This document shows, in pieces, positions 60,757 through 64,000 of a stretch of 64,000 nucleotides of DNA (position 1 is its first letter; each line of letters opens with the position of its first letter). Where the stretch lies: IMG/VR virus record IMGVR_UViG_3300044739_000018, positions 32,001 through 96,000 of that record, one strand, 5' to 3'. This DNA is from a virus. The notes beneath the pieces are model-generated. The model searched no databases. It saw only the letters and a program-made list of their open reading frames with translations, and was not told where the DNA came from. Both the position numbers and the translations under genes were made by a program.

Positions 60757-60777
60757 GATGTTCTCCTTACGGTTCGG

Positions 60778-61299
60778 TTAGACGGATTCCTGCGTGATGC
60801 TTTGGTACAGCCGGGTGAACTCCTCGTCGGAGATCACGTCCTTGACGGTCTTGCCGGTCGGGACCTGCTTGGCAAGCTGCTTGAAGAACATGGCCTCCAT
60901 CGAGAGCCTCGCGGCCTGGCTGCCATAGCTCGTGGCGACATAGCTCAGATCGGCGTTCGTCATGTCGCCCACCTGCCGCCTGGTGTTGCTGTCGTCGATG
61001 ACATACATCTGCGACAGCGGGTTCTCGCCCGCCCTGACCGCGGCCACGAAGTTGTCAAACTTCTCGGCACGCATGAGCTGGCGGGCCTCGGCCCGACGCT
61101 TCGCCAAGGTGTGGCTGGCGACCTCACGGAGCTGACCGAGGGCCAGGTCGTGCTGCCACTCCGACAGATGCTCCGGTGCATGCTCCTCCAGCCAAGCGAG
61201 GGCCTTCTCGGCAACCTCTCGGCTGGTGAAGTCACCATGCTCGGGGATGGCCTGCTCCACCGCGTTCTTCACGATGATCGCTGGCCGAATGTCGTCCAT
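60778..61299 (-). CDS. Helical hypothetical protein, first gene of the Cas7-like operon
   Basis: GGAGGAGG RBS; stop 21 nt upstream of the Cas7-like start. Confidence 0.7.
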   Translation of the reverse strand: MDDIRPAIIVKNAVEQAIPEHGDFTSREVAEKALAWLEEHAPEHLSEWQHDLALGQLREVASHTLAKRRAEARQLMRAEKFDNFVAAVRAGENPLSQMYVIDDSNTRRQVGDMTNADLSYVATSYGSQAARLSMEAMFFKQLAKQVPTGKTVKDVISDEEFTRLYQSITQESV

Positions 61300-61342
61300 G
61301 GTCCTCCTCCTAATTACGGTGTGGTTGGTGCTGCGGAGAGGC

Positions 61343-61371
61343 AAGGTACATCCATAAGGAGTAGAAGTCAA
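61343..61371 (-). promoter_or_regulatory. Sigma70-type promoter of the Cas7-like operon
   Basis: TTGACT-N17-TACCTT in an AT-rich patch. Confidence 0.65.
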
Positions 61372-61395
61372 GAGGCAATATGTCCAGAGACGCGA

Positions 61396-61423
61396 AGAAG
61401 GGGCCGGTTTCCCGACCCCTTCT
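61396..61423 (-). terminator. Hairpin terminator after the ParB-like gene
   Basis: AGAAGGGGTCGG-GAAA-CCGGCCCCTTCT followed by T. Confidence 0.6.
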
Positions 61424-61449
61424 AGCGCATCCTCCCGTAGAAAGGGAGA

Positions 61450-62289
61450 TCAGGTGGTCACCGGCTTGGCAACCTTGCTTGCCTTGACGATGGCCTTCTT
61501 CGTGGGCTTGGCACCGCGGAGCCGACCGTGCCGAGTGAAGGGGTCGCGCAGACGGCGACCGGAGTGCTTGTTGATGATCTTGATGAAGCTCCTCGCAAGC
61601 TCGATGTGATTGTTCGATCCGGTGACCGAACGGGTCCGAGCCTGGCTGTCCATCAAGAGGGCGCGCGGGGACTCGTTGCGCAGCGCGTCCGCGACCATGG
61701 ACGTGTCCAGGTCGGGGAAGGCGATGAGCGTCAGGGACAGGCCCTTGAGCACCCGGTCATCGAAGGCAGAGGCGAGGTTCGCCCACGCCGACGTGACGAC
61801 GTTCATCGTGCGCCGGACGGCAGTTGCGCCGCCCCGCTCGTACATCCAGTACATGGCCCGCACGGCACGGATGTTCTTGGCACCCGCGTCATTGCTGAGC
61901 TTGTAGCCGAACGACGTGATGATCTCGTCGATCTCCTTGGCCTTGGCCTCGCCAGCGAACAACTGCGCCCGGTGCCGAGCGGCGGGCGTGATGTTCTTGC
62001 GGCCCTCCTGAGCACGGACGAACAGGCTGGCCTGGTCCTGCGGGGTGTCGGGGCTGATCTGCGCCCAAGCTGTCGTGAAACCGAGGCGACGGAGCGCCTC
62101 CAGCCGGTGCTGACCGTCCCACACCCATGTCGGGGCCGAGTGGTCGTCGTGGGCGATCATCAGAACGCCCAACAGACGCGGGTCGTACTCAGCGACGATC
62201 TTCATGACCCGGCCCTCATCCAGCTCCCGCTGGTAGCCCGGATGCACACGAAGACCGCTGAGCGGAATCTCCTTGTACTGCGTGGTCAT
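61450..62289 (-). CDS. ParB/Srx-like N-terminal domain protein (DUF6551-like)
   Basis: YQREL...RV..I...YDPRLLG, WDGQHRLEAL, QASLF. Confidence 0.8.
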   Translation of the reverse strand: MTTQYKEIPLSGLRVHPGYQRELDEGRVMKIVAEYDPRLLGVLMIAHDDHSAPTWVWDGQHRLEALRRLGFTTAWAQISPDTPQDQASLFVRAQEGRKNITPAARHRAQLFAGEAKAKEIDEIITSFGYKLSNDAGAKNIRAVRAMYWMYERGGATAVRRTMNVVTSAWANLASAFDDRVLKGLSLTLIAFPDLDTSMVADALRNESPRALLMDSQARTRSVTGSNNHIELARSFIKIINKHSGRRLRDPFTRHGRLRGAKPTKKAIVKASKVAKPVTT

Positions 62290-62527
62290 TGCCGTTTCCT
62301 CCATGTTGGCGTTGTGCGGACGAGAGTAGAGCACAGGTTGATCACCGGAGTCAATACCCCCGGACAAAGATTCTTTGCCCACCGATTACAGGCCGTCAGC
62401 GGGCCTAATTTTCCATCCGAACAGCGAACTACTTCGATGTTCTTCAAGCGGGCACGGCTGGTGACCTTATGGATGGTCTTCTCAACGGTCGTTGACAGCG
62501 TTTTGCGAGAACTGTTAGAGTGTCCCG

Positions 62528-62743
62528 GTGGGCAACCCCTTCATCACCAAGTGCGCCTTCAGGGACAAGTTCGGCTATCGGTTCAAGAGGCTGCACTGGG
62601 CCTGGCACCGGCAGTGGTGGCTGGCGTTTGCGGTGAAGGAGAAGGCCCGGCACGCGGCTCAGATGCTGGGCCAACCGTGCTTTGTCACCCAGGCCGACGT
62701 GGACTGGGGCAAGAGGATCGCGAAGGAGCGTGGCCTGATGTAA
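62528..62743 (+). CDS. Hypothetical protein
   Basis: First ORF of a divergent plus-strand unit. Confidence 0.45.
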   Translation: MGNPFITKCAFRDKFGYRFKRLHWAWHRQWWLAFAVKEKARHAAQMLGQPCFVTQADVDWGKRIAKERGLM

Positions 62744-63052
62744 CAGCCCTTTGTCACTCGACAAAGGAGGTTGGTCATGGTGACCATCATCTGCTACATC
62801 AGCACGCCCGGTCGGCGCTACCACACAACTGCCACGGTGACGAAGTTGTCGCTGACGGCGGCATGGGCGCACATTTCCCGGTGCCCGCATGGACACGCCT
62901 TGAAGATGAGGTAGAGTCTGCCCGCCCCGGCAGGCTCTGGAGGCAAGACCACGCCATGCCCCTTGAAAATCAGGCTGGCGCAGAGACATCCATAATCTCT
63001 GGTCTCAACGCCATCCTGCCGGGGCACCTCTCTTTGGTGTACGTTCCTCTCC

Positions 63053-63457
63053 ATGGAGGAAGTGAAGGTGGACGTTCGCCTTTGCGAGAGCGAACACGTC
63101 CCGCACCACGACTGGGGAGCCATCATCGGCGTCGTGTTCCAGTACGACGCTGCCCCGGACCAGTGGAAGAACAGAGACGAGCTTCACTTCACCTCCCCTG
63201 CCAGCGTGAAGGTCGGCGGCATGGAGTTCTGGATCGGCTGTAAGCAATTGGCCTTCATCGCGCTCTCTGACGACATCACCATTGCCTGCGCCACTACCTT
63301 GACTCTCCAGGCTGGTTCCATCATCCTGCGCGAAGGCAACACGGCCTTCATGTCGTTGGCAGCCACCTTGTCGGCCATCGAGGATTCTCAGGAGTTCGAG
63401 TTGCTCCGTCGTCAACTCATGGGTGCAGTCGAAGGGGGGAGTCTGTGGCTTCAATGA
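63053..63457 (+). CDS. Hypothetical protein
   Basis: Overlaps next ORF. Confidence 0.5.
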   Translation: MEEVKVDVRLCESEHVPHHDWGAIIGVVFQYDAAPDQWKNRDELHFTSPASVKVGGMEFWIGCKQLAFIALSDDITIACATTLTLQAGSIILREGNTAFMSLAATLSAIEDSQEFELLRRQLMGAVEGGSLWLQ

Positions 63458-63732
63458 AATGCCCCTGCTGTAAACATACGTTGACGACTCCTGCCCGCAT
63501 CAGCATCGCTGTCAACCACGAGGAGGAGGACCACCGACTGAATGTTGTGGTGACCGAAGCCGTGGATCTACTTGCAAACGAAGTCAAACGGATGTATCCA
63601 AAGGACATCGCACCACAGTGGAAGCGGCTCCAGGAAGCCCTGGAGGCGTTCACCCGCGTCGACATGGAAGCAGCAGAGCGCAACTATGTCGTCAACCAAC
63701 TCATGAGCATGGAGAAGGAGCTAGGAGCATGA
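63445..63732 (+). CDS. Hypothetical protein
   Basis: GGGGGAG RBS; ATGA overlap with next ORF. Confidence 0.55.
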   Translation: MASMKCPCCKHTLTTPARISIAVNHEEEDHRLNVVVTEAVDLLANEVKRMYPKDIAPQWKRLQEALEAFTRVDMEAAERNYVVNQLMSMEKELGA

Positions 63733-63920
63733 ACCAGAAGGAATTCGACGAGGCCATGGACGAGATGAAGAAGGGCTTCGAGTCCATGTGGAACGGCATC
63801 GGCAAGGCGTTCACCTCGATGTGGGACGACCTGAAGGACGACGCCAAGGCTGCCAGCACCAAGGCGGGCGAGAAGGTGACCGACATCAGGAAGACCACGA
63901 AGGCCGCGAAGAAGAAGTGA
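63729..63920 (+). CDS. Small hypothetical protein
   Basis: AGGAG RBS, ATGA overlap. Confidence 0.55.
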   Translation: MNQKEFDEAMDEMKKGFESMWNGIGKAFTSMWDDLKDDAKAASTKAGEKVTDIRKTTKAAKKK

Positions 63921-64000
63921 GTCCGGCCCGGCAGAAGGCCGAGGCAGTCACCCGTGAGTACAAGGTCGATTCCACGTGGGCCTACAACGGCGCGGTCTTC

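Overview
A gene-dense, high-GC segment of a large bacteriophage, probably actinobacterial (inferred from the ClpC-type N-domain gene, Ku, codon style and overlapping start/stop packing). No structural or terminase genes were recognised. About 1.2-55 kb is an almost uninterrupted minus-strand run of small early/middle-type genes. Recognisable products are RuvB, Ku, ATP-dependent ligase, two HNH nucleases, RtcB, a Pnk-like kinase, a metallophosphoesterase, a CCA-adding enzyme, tRNA-Glu and tRNA-His, a PurA-like/VWA/atypical-kinase triad, a MoxR(RavA)-VWA pair with three stand-alone paralogues of the ATPase C-terminal domain, a K+ channel, a methyltransferase and an M28-like peptidase. A family-4 UDG lies at the left edge. 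A structured, repeat-rich, largely non-coding zone occupies about 51.4-56 kb. The standout is at 57.5-61.4 kb: a promoter-driven minus-strand operon encodes a lone Cas7/RAMP-like protein with no other recognisable cas genes and no CRISPR array. It is followed by a ~2 kb non-coding array of about 48 units built from 5-nt periodic motifs (G-G-S-N-N on +, N-N-S-C-C on -), punctuated by a conserved GTC/GAC delimiter. This looks like a non-CRISPR, RNA-guided system with a gapped code. All calls come from reading the sequence; no database searches were run.
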